A DNA stretch of 32,935 bases from positions 10,136-43,070 of the forward strand of contig MHFD01000076.1 in NCBI GenBank assembly GCA_001804045.1, given 5' to 3'. Below, piece after piece: positions 1 through 9,912 of this stretch (its first letter is position 1; each line of letters begins with the position of its first letter). Below the pieces are notes generated by a model. It was not told the DNA's origin. It worked only from the letters and a program-made list of their open reading frames with translations, and made no database searches. The translations under genes and the position numbers were made by a program. This DNA comes from Omnitrophica bacterium RBG_13_46_9. GTDB lineage: Bacteria > Omnitrophota > Gorgyraeia > JABMRN01 > RBG-13-46-9.

Positions 1-9
1 TCACCTCAT

Positions 10-1131
10 TTATATCTCTATAAACGTCTCTCTTATCGCAAGGGAAGCCCCTCCCTTCACGCAAGCATCCTCTCCTAGAATAGCCGGGACCAGCCTTACC
101 TTATCCAACATTCTCCGCAATATAAATCTGTCTATGCTCGCCTTTAAAGGATCAAAAAACACATTTCCAGCCTTCTCTATGCCTCCGCCTATTATGATGA
201 CTTCCGGCTCAAAAAGATTTATCAAATAAGCTATGCGCACCCCCAGGTTCATACCGGCCATCTTAACCAGATCAACAGCCATCTCATCATGCTCTGCCGT
301 TGCTTTTATCACCGTTTCCAGCGTGATGCGCTCTATGGCACCTCCCGCTATATCGATTATGTTTGTGCCCATACCGCGCTCGACTATCGTCTTTGCTTCG
401 TTGGCGATGCTAAGTCCCTGCCCCCATGACTTAAGATAGGCGTAACCGTTCTTATCATCGCCTGGCTCAAAAAATTCATTGTTGTTAATAAAAACTCCTT
501 GGCCGACGTCTCCAAAAATGTATATGAACCTGCCGGCCTCCCTCACATCCGGATTTAAGCTCTTTTCCCCGAAAGCCGCGCACAGTGCGCTTTCGGCTAT
601 CAACACAGGGACACCCGTCTCTGTCTCTATCAGGTCTTTTACCTTTATAATATCCGCTAAAACATCGCCTGAAACGCCTATCCCTATGTGTTTTACCTGA
701 GTTTTATCTATCTTTGAGGAATCAAGAAGTTTTTTTAATATTTCGTCTATAAAAGATTTCAAGTTTTCCCTCGCGTAGCCCTCAATCGATCCGTCGGTTA
801 ATACTTCCATATCCAAATCTGCAAGAACCCCCTTTATGCGGTCCTTGCATACACTTATACCTATCCCATATCCCCATCCCTTATTCAATTCGATAAGTTC
901 AGGCCTTCTGCCACCGCTTGAAATATCATATCCGCGCTCCAATATAAGACCTTTTTTTAGATACCCGTTGATGTAATTGGATACAGTAACAGCATTAATA
1001 TCTGTAAGTTTGGATAGCTCTGAGCGGGATGTCGGTTTGTGTTTTTGTATTAAATTCAAAAAAAGTAGGTTTTTCTTTTCGCGGTCACTTGAGGGGTTAG
1101 TCGTAAATTTTGTTTTCTTCTTCGGAATCAT
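10..1131 (-). CDS. ROK-family transcriptional regulator (N-terminal HTH plus sugar-kinase-like fold)
   Basis: Complete 373-aa ORF. It has an N-terminal HTH-like segment (RSELSKLTDINAVTVSNYINGYLKKGLI) followed by glycine-rich ROK/actin-fold segments (IGIGVSGD, IIIGGGIEKAG). It is divergent from the downstream operon. Confidence 0.75.
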   Translation of the reverse strand: MIPKKKTKFTTNPSSDREKKNLLFLNLIQKHKPTSRSELSKLTDINAVTVSNYINGYLKKGLILERGYDISSGGRRPELIELNKGWGYGIGISVCKDRIKGVLADLDMEVLTDGSIEGYARENLKSFIDEILKKLLDSSKIDKTQVKHIGIGVSGDVLADIIKVKDLIETETGVPVLIAESALCAAFGEKSLNPDVREAGRFIYIFGDVGQGVFINNNEFFEPGDDKNGYAYLKSWGQGLSIANEAKTIVERGMGTNIIDIAGGAIERITLETVIKATAEHDEMAVDLVKMAGMNLGVRIAYLINLFEPEVIIIGGGIEKAGNVFFDPLKASIDRFILRRMLDKVRLVPAILGEDACVKGGASLAIRETFIEI

Positions 1132-1655
1132 AAGGTTATTATAGCTTCGTCAGCATCTTCCCAAAGTTTCGGAATATCAATATAAAATGAAAATATCAAC
1201 CATAGTCCGCTCATAATCCCATCGTCCAATCGCCTATGAGCTGCAAAACACGGTTTCTCTTATCAACCTGGTAGGTATAGTTATCCTCCAGACTGCTGTC
1301 TAGCAATAGCATTGGCAAGAGAAATGTGCATTAAAAACTAACTTTTGACAAAAAAAGTTTACCATAAAATCAATAAAAAGTCAAATTTAGTCTGGGGACC
1401 ATCCGTATTACATCTGAATACTTTTTGCTCCGCTTAAAACATCGCTACTGAATATAAAAAAATGCCGGCTGTTCCCATAAACAAAGTCTAAGCATAGCTG
1501 CGGTTTCTTGTTTTGTTAGGCTCCGACGTATAGCGCAAGTATCGATCATTCCCTATCCAAATTTCTTGCGCAGCCTTTTGTTTTATGATATATTGAAATT
1601 TGACGCGGTAAAGTCTAACTTATTGTCGAACATCATATGGATATATTATGGTAAG

Positions 1656-3050
1656 ATGAACACTGATAAGGGTAAAATAATTATATTGGGGGCCGGGATT
1701 ACCGGCCTGGTCCTGGCCGAGCGGCTCTCCAGGACGCTTAAGGAGAGGGTAGTAGTGGTCGAAAAGGAAAATTTTTTGGGCGGCCTTGCATCCACCCTTT
1801 CCGACGAAGACCTGTCATTTGATTTGGGTTCCCATAGAATACACAGCGATTTTCCTCCGGAACTCATCGCATATCTCGAGAAGACTATCGGCGTAAAACT
1901 GATAAAAAGATCCAGAAGAGGCGCGTTATACTACAACGGAAAATACCTGCGGTATCCCCCTAATGTATTTAATTTCCTGAAAGTGCTCTCATTCAGAAAC
2001 ACCTTAAGACTCGCCGTCAGCTATCTAAAGAGATTCGACTATTCTCACCGCGACGCGGTAAACTACCAGGAGGCCATGATAAGGGCCGTGGGGAAGAAAA
2101 TATATGTGGCGTTCTACAAGAATTTCGCGCGTAAACTCTGGGGCGTGGACCCAAAAAGGATGTCGATTGACGGGATGAGAAGAAGAAATACCTTTTTGAA
2201 CCTCCAGTCAATAACAAAAAGCGTATGCGGCAAAGACAGGTATTTTTTCTATCCGATACATGGAATAGGCGATATAGCAAAGAAGCTGGAAAGCTCCATC
2301 CTTGAGAATAACGGAAAGATCATAAAAGGCGCGAAGATAAACGGGTTTTCATTAGACAGCGGCAGGGTGACAAGGATCATAATAGAAGGCCTTGACGGCG
2401 CTAAGGACGAGATAGAGAGCTCTATAGTCGCTTCGACCGTTCCCATAGATTCGCTTTTCGGGATCCTTTACGGGCACCACACACCGGCAAGCGGGCTTAC
2501 ATGGAGGGGGTTGAGGATATTGTATATACATATGCGTGAACTTTTGGAAGCCCGGAATGAAACTTTTTACTTTCCCAGGTTAGATATAAAATTCGGCAGG
2601 GTCTCTGATATAGGTAAATTCTCCCCTTACATCAACGCTTTCGCAGGCGGGACCTTATTGACGGTTGAGGTGCCCTGTACGCCGGGAGATAGGCTTTGGG
2701 ACGCGGATGATAAAGAGCTGTTGGACATATGCGTAAGGGACCTGATTAAAACGGGTGTCCTTACGGGTTATCCCGATGTCTCAAAATATTTTTCCATACA
2801 CCTGGAAAAGGCGTATCCTGTATTCGAAATAGGTTGGAGGGAGAAATTTATCGGCATGCATAGCCAGCTGGACAAGATTTTGAATCTTTTCACCATCGGC
2901 AGGAAAGGCTTATTCTTGCATTGCAATATAGACCACTGCATAATCCAGGGATTGGAATTGGCGGATTTTATCCTGCAGGATAAATGGCGCGATAAAGATC
3001 TGTGGAATAAAAAAATGTCGAGGTTCCTGCAATTCTGCGCAAGGGATTAA
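1656..3050 (+). CDS. FAD/NAD(P)-binding oxidoreductase (amine-oxidase / protoporphyrinogen-oxidase-like fold)
   Basis: A Rossmann dinucleotide motif, KIIILGAGITGLVLAE...VVVVEKENFLGGLA, lies right after the ATG at 1656. The TTG at 1566 given by the track adds 30 non-conserved-looking residues, so the ATG at 1656 is preferred. Confidence 0.7.
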   Translation: MNTDKGKIIILGAGITGLVLAERLSRTLKERVVVVEKENFLGGLASTLSDEDLSFDLGSHRIHSDFPPELIAYLEKTIGVKLIKRSRRGALYYNGKYLRYPPNVFNFLKVLSFRNTLRLAVSYLKRFDYSHRDAVNYQEAMIRAVGKKIYVAFYKNFARKLWGVDPKRMSIDGMRRRNTFLNLQSITKSVCGKDRYFFYPIHGIGDIAKKLESSILENNGKIIKGAKINGFSLDSGRVTRIIIEGLDGAKDEIESSIVASTVPIDSLFGILYGHHTPASGLTWRGLRILYIHMRELLEARNETFYFPRLDIKFGRVSDIGKFSPYINAFAGGTLLTVEVPCTPGDRLWDADDKELLDICVRDLIKTGVLTGYPDVSKYFSIHLEKAYPVFEIGWREKFIGMHSQLDKILNLFTIGRKGLFLHCNIDHCIIQGLELADFILQDKWRDKDLWNKKMSRFLQFCARD

Positions 3051-3188
3051 GAGAGCCTAAATGCTTTGCCGGTTTCCCGAGGGGGCATACGGATTTGCTT
3101 CGCTTTTACACGGATTGACGCCGATAAGACGCGGATACCGTGAATAATCTATGTAAAAATAATCGAAATCTTCAAATATAGGAAACCC

Positions 3189-4535
3189 GTGTCTATAGAT
3201 TTTAAAATAAAAGATTTCGCATATCCCGCAGAGATTTTAAAGCTCAGGTCTTTTCTGGAAAAAAGCCAGTGGTTCACGCGGGAGAGGCTGGAATACTATC
3301 AGCTCAAAAGGCTGCGGTTGATGTTAAGCCATGCCTATAAGAACGTCCCGTACTATTCGGAGCTATTCGCCAGATTAAAACTCACCCCATCTGATTTCAG
3401 AAGCATCGAGGACCTGAAGAAGGTCCCGCCGCTTGCCAAAAAAGACTTAAAAGAGAACTTTCATAAGCTGGTGGCAAAAAACGCGAAAAGGTTTAACCCC
3501 ATCCTCTGCAGGACCTCCGGTACCTCGGGACACCCCATAGAGTTCTACCTGGATAAGAATTCCAATATCCTTGAATTCTGCTATTATTGGAGATGCTGGT
3601 CCTGGGCGGGTTACAGACTGGGGATGTCTTTCATGGAATTCTCGTTTCATCATTTTCTGAATACAAGCATAAAAGAAGTCGCCTGCCATTCGTTATTGAC
3701 CAACAGATTGATCATCAATCCCGCGCAAATCTCATGTGAAAGTATCGATAAAATCGTCGGAAACATAAAAAGATATAAGCCCATGTTCGTAAAAGGCACG
3801 CCTTCGGCTATTTACATATTCTCGGTCCTTTTGGAAAAGAAAGGTTGCATGGGGGGCCTACCTTTCAAAGGCGTCTTCACCACCGGGGAGCTGGTCCTTC
3901 CTTATCAAAAAGAAAGAATAGAGAAGGTTCTAAATTGCAAGATACTGGACTCTTATGGGCACATGGAAAGAGCTATAGCTGTCTCTCAATGCCCGCAAGG
4001 GACATATCACATAAACTCCGAATATGGCATTTTGGAAGTAGAGACGGGCGAGAAGCCATCATCCGATAAGGGGATAACCGGTCAGATCATAGGGACTTCC
4101 CTACATAATTTTGCAATGCCGCTTATAAGATATAAAATCGGGGATCTGATAGAACTCGACAGGCGCCATGATAACAGGTGTGTGTGCGGAAGGGGCCTGC
4201 CTGCTATTAAAAAAATATACGGGAGGACCCAGGACGTCATCGTGACTAAAGAAGGGAGATTTATAACGAATATATTCCCTTTTTTCGATCTTTGGAAAAA
4301 CATCCTGTGGTTCCAGCTTGTCCAGGAAGATATCGATAAATTTAAACTAATGCTTGTCAAAGATTCGGGTTTCGAGGATAAAGGCATCGACGAACAGTTA
4401 TACACGCTAAAAAGCATATTGGGTAAGGACGCGAAAATCGAGCTGCGATTTTTTAAATTGGACGAGATAAATATCGAAGGCGGCAATAAGTATAGGCCTA
4501 TTGTCTCGCGGGTAGACGTTGCCAAATTTATATGA
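3189..4535 (+). CDS. CapK / phenylacetate-CoA-ligase-like adenylate-forming enzyme
   Basis: 448-aa ORF with a GTG start. It carries the AMP-binding loop TSGTSGHPIEFY and a later YGHMERA-type core. Its stop overlaps the next start (ATGA at 4532-4535). Confidence 0.7.
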   Translation: MSIDFKIKDFAYPAEILKLRSFLEKSQWFTRERLEYYQLKRLRLMLSHAYKNVPYYSELFARLKLTPSDFRSIEDLKKVPPLAKKDLKENFHKLVAKNAKRFNPILCRTSGTSGHPIEFYLDKNSNILEFCYYWRCWSWAGYRLGMSFMEFSFHHFLNTSIKEVACHSLLTNRLIINPAQISCESIDKIVGNIKRYKPMFVKGTPSAIYIFSVLLEKKGCMGGLPFKGVFTTGELVLPYQKERIEKVLNCKILDSYGHMERAIAVSQCPQGTYHINSEYGILEVETGEKPSSDKGITGQIIGTSLHNFAMPLIRYKIGDLIELDRRHDNRCVCGRGLPAIKKIYGRTQDVIVTKEGRFITNIFPFFDLWKNILWFQLVQEDIDKFKLMLVKDSGFEDKGIDEQLYTLKSILGKDAKIELRFFKLDEINIEGGNKYRPIVSRVDVAKFI

Positions 4536-5581
4536 AACCTCCGGTAGATATTCATAAAACGCCGGATCTTTTGCGAAGATTTGAGCCTCCCGTGCTTATC
4601 GTAAGCACGGTTGTGGGCAGGGGCATGCACAGCATAGGTGAGGCGGTCAGGGAAAGATTTCCGGAAAAATACAAGGTCTGCCATATCCCTATCGAAGAGT
4701 TTTTGCCCGAAAACGCGGTAAACGAAGATCTGAAAAGATATAAAATAATCTCTGACAAATTCACCGCGCTTCTATATCTCATTTATAGTGTCCCTTTTTT
4801 CTATTACAGGAAATATTTAAGGGAAAAATTTTTAAACAGGGCCTCTTTAAAAAGACTAAAAGCGAAGATAGAAGCGTTAAATGCGAAGACGGTCATCTGT
4901 ATAAGCCACCGTCCGGCATTCTGGGTTTCGAGCCTAAAAAGAAAAGAAAAGATGAGATTCAATCTCTGGGGGGTCCTGGGGGAATACGGAAGAAGTCTGG
5001 GATGGAAATATATATTCTGGGAAGAGGTCGATGGTTTTTTGTCTTCTGTGGATAGGCACGAGCTTGATTTTGATTTCCCGCCCCGCTTAGAGTTTATCAA
5101 AACAGATCTTCCTGTCAGACAGAAATTCTATGATGTCTCGGAAACAAAACCCGATAGGAACTCTGTCCTGCTAGTCTGCGGTTTTTGGGGTCAGGGCCCT
5201 TTATATGAGACGGCAAGATCGTTATTACAGAAACTGCCTCAACTTAACATCTATATCATCTGCGGGGAAAACAAAAAACAATACTATAGGCTCAAGGCGT
5301 ATTTTAAAGACAATCCAAATATAAAGGTCTATGCTACCGTGGAAACCCTGGCCCCCTTCATGAAAGAGTGCGCCAGCATAATCACCAAGCCCGGTATCTC
5401 TACGATTTTAGAAGCCTCTGCGGCGCAAAGAAAGATATTCCTGTTGAAAGGCATGCCTGTCGCCGAAGACAACAACGCCAGATACGCGATAGGCAATCTC
5501 AGCGCCGAGTGGTTTGAAATAGAACGCTTTAAAAACTGGTGCATTGACTCCCGGGAAACCGCGGGGTCATGCAAACAATAA
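4532..5581 (+). CDS. GT28-like glycosyltransferase (MGDG-synthase/MurG-type)
   Basis: The N-terminal loop VLIVSTVVGRGMHSIGEAVRE and the C-terminal segment KECASIITKPGISTILEASAAQRKIFLLKGMPVAEDNNARY resemble MGDG-synthase N-terminal and Glyco_tran_28_C regions. The gene is translationally coupled on both sides. Confidence 0.6.
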   Translation: MKPPVDIHKTPDLLRRFEPPVLIVSTVVGRGMHSIGEAVRERFPEKYKVCHIPIEEFLPENAVNEDLKRYKIISDKFTALLYLIYSVPFFYYRKYLREKFLNRASLKRLKAKIEALNAKTVICISHRPAFWVSSLKRKEKMRFNLWGVLGEYGRSLGWKYIFWEEVDGFLSSVDRHELDFDFPPRLEFIKTDLPVRQKFYDVSETKPDRNSVLLVCGFWGQGPLYETARSLLQKLPQLNIYIICGENKKQYYRLKAYFKDNPNIKVYATVETLAPFMKECASIITKPGISTILEASAAQRKIFLLKGMPVAEDNNARYAIGNLSAEWFEIERFKNWCIDSRETAGSCKQ

Positions 5582-6753
5582 ATCCCATGCCTATCCCTTT
5601 AAAATTGTCGGTTTTAAGACTTGTTTATGCCCACCCTCTTTATGCGCGGCATCTTATTGAAAAAAAATTCAGGTTTCGCCGGCGCTTCAGGCGAATAGCA
5701 AAATGTCCGGACAAAGACAACGCTGTCTTGCCGCCTTTAGTGTATAAATTTATCCTGACGTTAAGATGCAACCTGAACTGCAGGATGTGTATGCTCTGGG
5801 GCGAACGCGGCTGGTGTAAAAAAGAACCGCGGGATACGACCTCCGGGGAGCTGGATTGGGACATCGTCAAGCGCATCGTCAGCCAGAGCGGTCATTACCG
5901 CCCTTCTTACATCCTTTCGGGCGGCGAACCGTTGCTCTATTCTCATTTTGAAGATCTGGCGGAATCGTTGGGGAAAACAAGGTCTTTTGCCTATATCTGC
6001 ACAAACGGGCTTTTGCTGGACAGATTTAAAGACACTATCTCCAAAAACCCTTATCTTACTTTTCTGGTATCCCTGGACGGGTTACGGGACGAAAATGACT
6101 CTTTGAGGGGAAAAGGCGTCTACGATAAGGTAGTGGAAAACATAAGTCTTTTAAAGGCCATTAAGAGGCCCCCGTATATAGGGATACAGTTCACGATATA
6201 CCCTGACAATGTGGCTATAATGTATGATTTCTGCAGGGAAATGGCAAGGTTAAAAATCGACTGGATCCTCCTGAACCCATGCTGGTTCATATCAGAGACG
6301 CAGGCAAAGGAATACGAAAGCGTCATGGTGAATGATTTCGGAGTACGGCCCAAAACGCATTCGGGGTACCTGTCCGTTCCCGATTTTGATAAAGAAGAAT
6401 TCGTGAAACAACTCCGGAAAATCAGAGACCGGAGTTGGCCAATGCAGGTCTCGTGTTATCTGAAAGAGCCGGAACATGTTTACACATATGCCGACACCCC
6501 CGAGGTGCCCCCGGGAAACGGGTTTTGTTACAAACAGTGGCTCAGGCTGGATATCGCGCCTGACGGGGAGGTATGTCCCTGCATACAATTTCCGGATCTG
6601 AAGTTCGGCAATTTAAAAGAAAAAAGCGCCTTAGAAATATGGAATTCCCCTTCCTACGAGAGATTCAGGAAAATACTAAGAAAAAGGTGTCTTCCTGTTT
6701 GCAGCAAGTGTGACTGCCTCTATTTATACGACGCCGGCAGAAAATATCTTTGA
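5569..6753 (+). CDS. radical SAM enzyme with C-terminal SPASM domain
   Basis: CxxxCxxC cluster motif LRCNLNCRMCMLWG. C-terminal Cys-rich SPASM pattern: FCYKQW...DGEVCPCIQFPDLKFGNLKEKSALEIW...RCLPVCSKCDC. Overlaps the upstream gene by 13 nt. Confidence 0.85.
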   Translation: MQTINPMPIPLKLSVLRLVYAHPLYARHLIEKKFRFRRRFRRIAKCPDKDNAVLPPLVYKFILTLRCNLNCRMCMLWGERGWCKKEPRDTTSGELDWDIVKRIVSQSGHYRPSYILSGGEPLLYSHFEDLAESLGKTRSFAYICTNGLLLDRFKDTISKNPYLTFLVSLDGLRDENDSLRGKGVYDKVVENISLLKAIKRPPYIGIQFTIYPDNVAIMYDFCREMARLKIDWILLNPCWFISETQAKEYESVMVNDFGVRPKTHSGYLSVPDFDKEEFVKQLRKIRDRSWPMQVSCYLKEPEHVYTYADTPEVPPGNGFCYKQWLRLDIAPDGEVCPCIQFPDLKFGNLKEKSALEIWNSPSYERFRKILRKRCLPVCSKCDCLYLYDAGRKYL

Positions 6754-6786
6754 CGCAAGGGGTTCTTAAATATTTCGGGACTTCCT

Positions 6787-8052
6787 ATGAAGATACTTAT
6801 ATTCTCTTATTACCTGCCTCACAACGACATAGACCAATATACCTTAAGGATACACTTAAAAACGCTCTCTCAGGATAATGAAATAATTTTGGTCTGCGGG
6901 GTGCGGAAGGGAGAAGAAGGCCTGTTAGAGGATACCCGCAAATATTGCGCGAAAGTCTATGCCGTAAAACTGGACCTGCCCAATCTTTCCTGGAGATTAA
7001 AAGACATTTCCGCGGCATTTCTCCTAAGGGGAACGATGAACTGTCTCCGATTTTTGCCTCCCGCCAAGCTCCCCTGGGATAGGTTGCTGATCATGCCTCT
7101 TTTTTTCTTTTTCAGAAAAGAACTGTCCGACAGATTAAAAGAGGCTTTCCAGAGGGAAAAGCCGGATCTGGTCCATTTTCACAAGATAATAACCTCCGCC
7201 CACAGAGAAGACATCCCCCGTCATGTGCCATCGGTCTTTTTTGACGACGACGCAATAAGCAGACTATTCTACGCCAGCATGATCGCTGAAAAATCCTTTC
7301 CGGCCAAGGCGTATTATCTTATAAGATATCTGGGAGCCAAAAAGTGGGAGAAGCTGATACTGCCTTCGTTTAAAAAAGTGGTCATTTTATCGGAAAACGA
7401 CAGAAAATGGCTAACGGGCATCAACCCTTTCCTCTCTAATGTGGAGCCGATACACTATGTGGTGGATACGGAGCTCTTTAAGCCTGCGCCTGTCACGGAA
7501 GATTTTCCTTCGGTAATATTTTTTGGAACGCTTTCTCTTTCCTACAATAGAGAAGCCGCGGAATATTTCGCAGGCGCCATCCTCCCGCTTATCAGAAAGG
7601 AAATCCCGCAATTGAGATTTTACATCGTCGGCCCGGACCCTTCCTTAAAAATAAGAAGCCTGTCCAAAAATCCTTTAAACAAGGTGGTCAGCAAAGTAAC
7701 GGGTCATGCGGAGGACCTTCGCGGCCATATAGCAAAATCCGCTGTCTGCATAGTCCCCCTTAATAAAACCGTAGGCGTTAAATCCAGAATATTGATCGCC
7801 ATGAGCATGGCTAAAACCGTGGTCGCGACAAGCGCGGCCGCGCAAGGGGTGGAGGGTTTAAAAGACGGGGAAAATATAATTATCGCCGATACGCCTTCCC
7901 TATTTGCTGAAAAAGTGGTGTATTTAATAAGAAACCGCGAGGTGAATAACGGGATCGGAGTTAAGGCCCGTGAGCTGATAATCAGGGAATACTGTAGCCG
8001 CAGGTGGAAGGAGCAATGGGAAACCATATACAGGAGTCTTATAAAAACCTAG
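6787..8052 (+). CDS. GT4-family (GT-B) glycosyltransferase
   Basis: 421-aa ORF. The C-terminal half (FFGTLSLSYNREAA, KSRILIAMSMAKTVVATSAAAQGVEGLKDGENIIIADTP) matches the usual GT4 nucleotide-sugar-binding region. Confidence 0.7.
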   Translation: MKILIFSYYLPHNDIDQYTLRIHLKTLSQDNEIILVCGVRKGEEGLLEDTRKYCAKVYAVKLDLPNLSWRLKDISAAFLLRGTMNCLRFLPPAKLPWDRLLIMPLFFFFRKELSDRLKEAFQREKPDLVHFHKIITSAHREDIPRHVPSVFFDDDAISRLFYASMIAEKSFPAKAYYLIRYLGAKKWEKLILPSFKKVVILSENDRKWLTGINPFLSNVEPIHYVVDTELFKPAPVTEDFPSVIFFGTLSLSYNREAAEYFAGAILPLIRKEIPQLRFYIVGPDPSLKIRSLSKNPLNKVVSKVTGHAEDLRGHIAKSAVCIVPLNKTVGVKSRILIAMSMAKTVVATSAAAQGVEGLKDGENIIIADTPSLFAEKVVYLIRNREVNNGIGVKARELIIREYCSRRWKEQWETIYRSLIKT

Positions 8053-8816
8053 GCATCAAGATCGGGCCTATGGTTATGCGCGCTTTAGGATATCTTCCGA
8101 TTACGGAATCCAGTGATGACGACGTATTTATAGTTTCCTATCCGAGGAGCGGAAACAGCTGGCTAGCCCACCTTATCCTGGGTATCTTTTATGACGAAAA
8201 TCCCGAGACTATCCGCTATTCCGCGGTCCGCAACATGATCCCGGATGTGCATCTAAAACGTTGCTACAGGCGTTGCCATAGCCCGATGTTCTTTAAATCA
8301 CACCATCTTCCAAGGCCGGAATATAAACGTGTCTTGTATATTGCGAGAGACGGCCGGGATGTAATGGTGTCATGCTATCATTATTATTCGGCATCTCTCG
8401 GTAAAGATATCGATTTCATGGAGATGATCCGGGGGAAGGGCCTGGATTTCGGCAAATGGCATGACCATGTCGAATCCTGGCTATCAAACCCCTATAAAGC
8501 AAAGATGCTTCTTGTCAAATACGAAGACATGGTGAAAGACACGGTCGGTGAATTAAAAAGACTTTGCATTTTTTTCGGGATAAAAAAGGATATTTCGGTC
8601 CTTGAAACCGCTGCAGAGCGGGCTTCATTCGAAAAGTTACGGCAAAAAGAAATAAAGCACGGCATTGATTACAGGGGTTGGCCGCGGGATAAGATGTTTT
8701 TCCGCAGAGGCAAAGTCGGAAGCTATAAAGATGAGATGCCATGGGACGCGTTGGAGGCGTTTACAGGCGAGGCCGAGGGCACTCTACGAAAACTGGGTTA
8801 TTTATGCGGCGATTGA
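8016..8816 (+). CDS. PAPS-dependent sulfotransferase (Sulfotransfer_1 type)
   Basis: 5'-PSB loop YPRSGNSWLAHL, 3'-PB motif ARDGRDVMVSCYHY, and C-terminal FRRGKVGSYKDEM (the RKGxxGDWKN equivalent). The start is uncertain. The ATG at 8016 follows GGAAGGAG. Alternatives are GTG at 8004 and ATG at 8070. Confidence 0.8.
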   Translation: MGNHIQESYKNLGIKIGPMVMRALGYLPITESSDDDVFIVSYPRSGNSWLAHLILGIFYDENPETIRYSAVRNMIPDVHLKRCYRRCHSPMFFKSHHLPRPEYKRVLYIARDGRDVMVSCYHYYSASLGKDIDFMEMIRGKGLDFGKWHDHVESWLSNPYKAKMLLVKYEDMVKDTVGELKRLCIFFGIKKDISVLETAAERASFEKLRQKEIKHGIDYRGWPRDKMFFRRGKVGSYKDEMPWDALEAFTGEAEGTLRKLGYLCGD

Positions 8817-9865
8817 TCGATAGAACCATATCAAGATTTAGCGCCATTTCCCCGACCGGAAGGGCGGTTTTTCGGAAATCGGGTAAAATGAACGAATTTC
8901 TGGAGAAAAAACCTCTGATGTTAAAACTGGAGACAACTAATATATGTGACGCCCGATGTAATTTTTGCGCATATAAAAAGATGAGGCGCCCCGGACAGAT
9001 AATGTCTCTTGAGCTTTTTGAAAAGACAGCCCGTGATTATGCCGTGATGGGCGGGGGTGCGGTCACGCTGACCCCCTGCGCGGGAGAGCTATTGACAGAC
9101 CCTCATCTCATAGAACGTCTCAGGATATTGACATCATACAAAGAAATCGGGAACATCGGCTTTACCACTAACCTTATAGGGCACATGAGGTTTTCTGACC
9201 GGCAATGGATTGAAATTTTACGCTCCACTTACTATTTACAGGTAAGCTCAGGCGGATTGGACCGCAATACATATCTTAGGATGTTCGGTGTCGATAAAGC
9301 GAAAGATGTGCTTGAAGGCATAGAAAGAATTTTTTTATTGAAGAAAAAGTCCGGCGCTAAAACGATTATCTCGCTTGCATTCAGAACCGATAAGCGGAAC
9401 TATCTAAAGCTTAAACGGAAGGGGCTTTTGGTATTTAATAAAAACGGTGTCTACATATCAAACATAGCGACTTACGGCAATTGGGCAGGCATGCTTGATA
9501 CGAAAGATAAAAAGGGGGCGATCAAAATATCGGAAAGAAGACCCGCAATCCGCTCCGGCCCGTGCGCGGTAATGGCGACAATGATAGGCGTCCTCTCCTC
9601 GGGGACCGTTACGGCGTGCTCCTGCTGTGATTTTGACGGGGCCCTCTTCCCGCTAGGAAACATCGCGGAAAAAGGTTTAGCGGATTTATACGCCGGTTCT
9701 GGCCGAAATGTTCTATTTGAAAAATCGTCAGGCGCCAAAGAACATCTATGTTTTAATTGCTCGCATTACATCGGGTTGGGCTGGATGATACACCGGGGGG
9801 CTCTTGACTTAAAAAACCCTGGTAACATCCCCCTCAAGTTTTACCATTTTTTCAGCGGCGGATGA
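8804..9865 (+). CDS. radical SAM enzyme with Cys-rich (SPASM/twitch-like) C-terminus
   Basis: CxxxCxxC motif TTNICDARCNFCAYKK. C-terminal cysteines: GPCAVM...TACSCCDFDG...HLCFNCSHY. The start is either ATG at 8804 (13-nt overlap with the upstream gene) or ATG at 8888. The track start at 8741 is unlikely. Confidence 0.8.
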   Translation: MRRLIDRTISRFSAISPTGRAVFRKSGKMNEFLEKKPLMLKLETTNICDARCNFCAYKKMRRPGQIMSLELFEKTARDYAVMGGGAVTLTPCAGELLTDPHLIERLRILTSYKEIGNIGFTTNLIGHMRFSDRQWIEILRSTYYLQVSSGGLDRNTYLRMFGVDKAKDVLEGIERIFLLKKKSGAKTIISLAFRTDKRNYLKLKRKGLLVFNKNGVYISNIATYGNWAGMLDTKDKKGAIKISERRPAIRSGPCAVMATMIGVLSSGTVTACSCCDFDGALFPLGNIAEKGLADLYAGSGRNVLFEKSSGAKEHLCFNCSHYIGLGWMIHRGALDLKNPGNIPLKFYHFFSGG

Positions 9866-9912
9866 TGTCGGGAATGGGCACATGAAAACATAATTTTTCG
9901 GAGTCAAATTAA

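Noticed and set aside
1338-1390. Imperfect inverted repeat CTAACTTTTGAC ... GTCAAATTTAG with an embedded TTGACA in the ROK-operon divergent spacer, considered as the ROK operator/promoter
   Set aside because: The arms need an indel, the spacing is about 30 nt, and no properly spaced -10 element follows the TTGACA. The evidence is too weak for a feature call.
3061-3147. 28-codon ORF (MLCRFPEGAYGFASLLHGLTPIRRGYRE) in the only sizeable spacer of the operon, considered as a RiPP precursor for the radical SAM enzymes
   Set aside because: No convincing ribosome-binding site and no leader/core features. It is not adjacent to either radical SAM gene. It cannot be distinguished from a chance ORF without conservation data.
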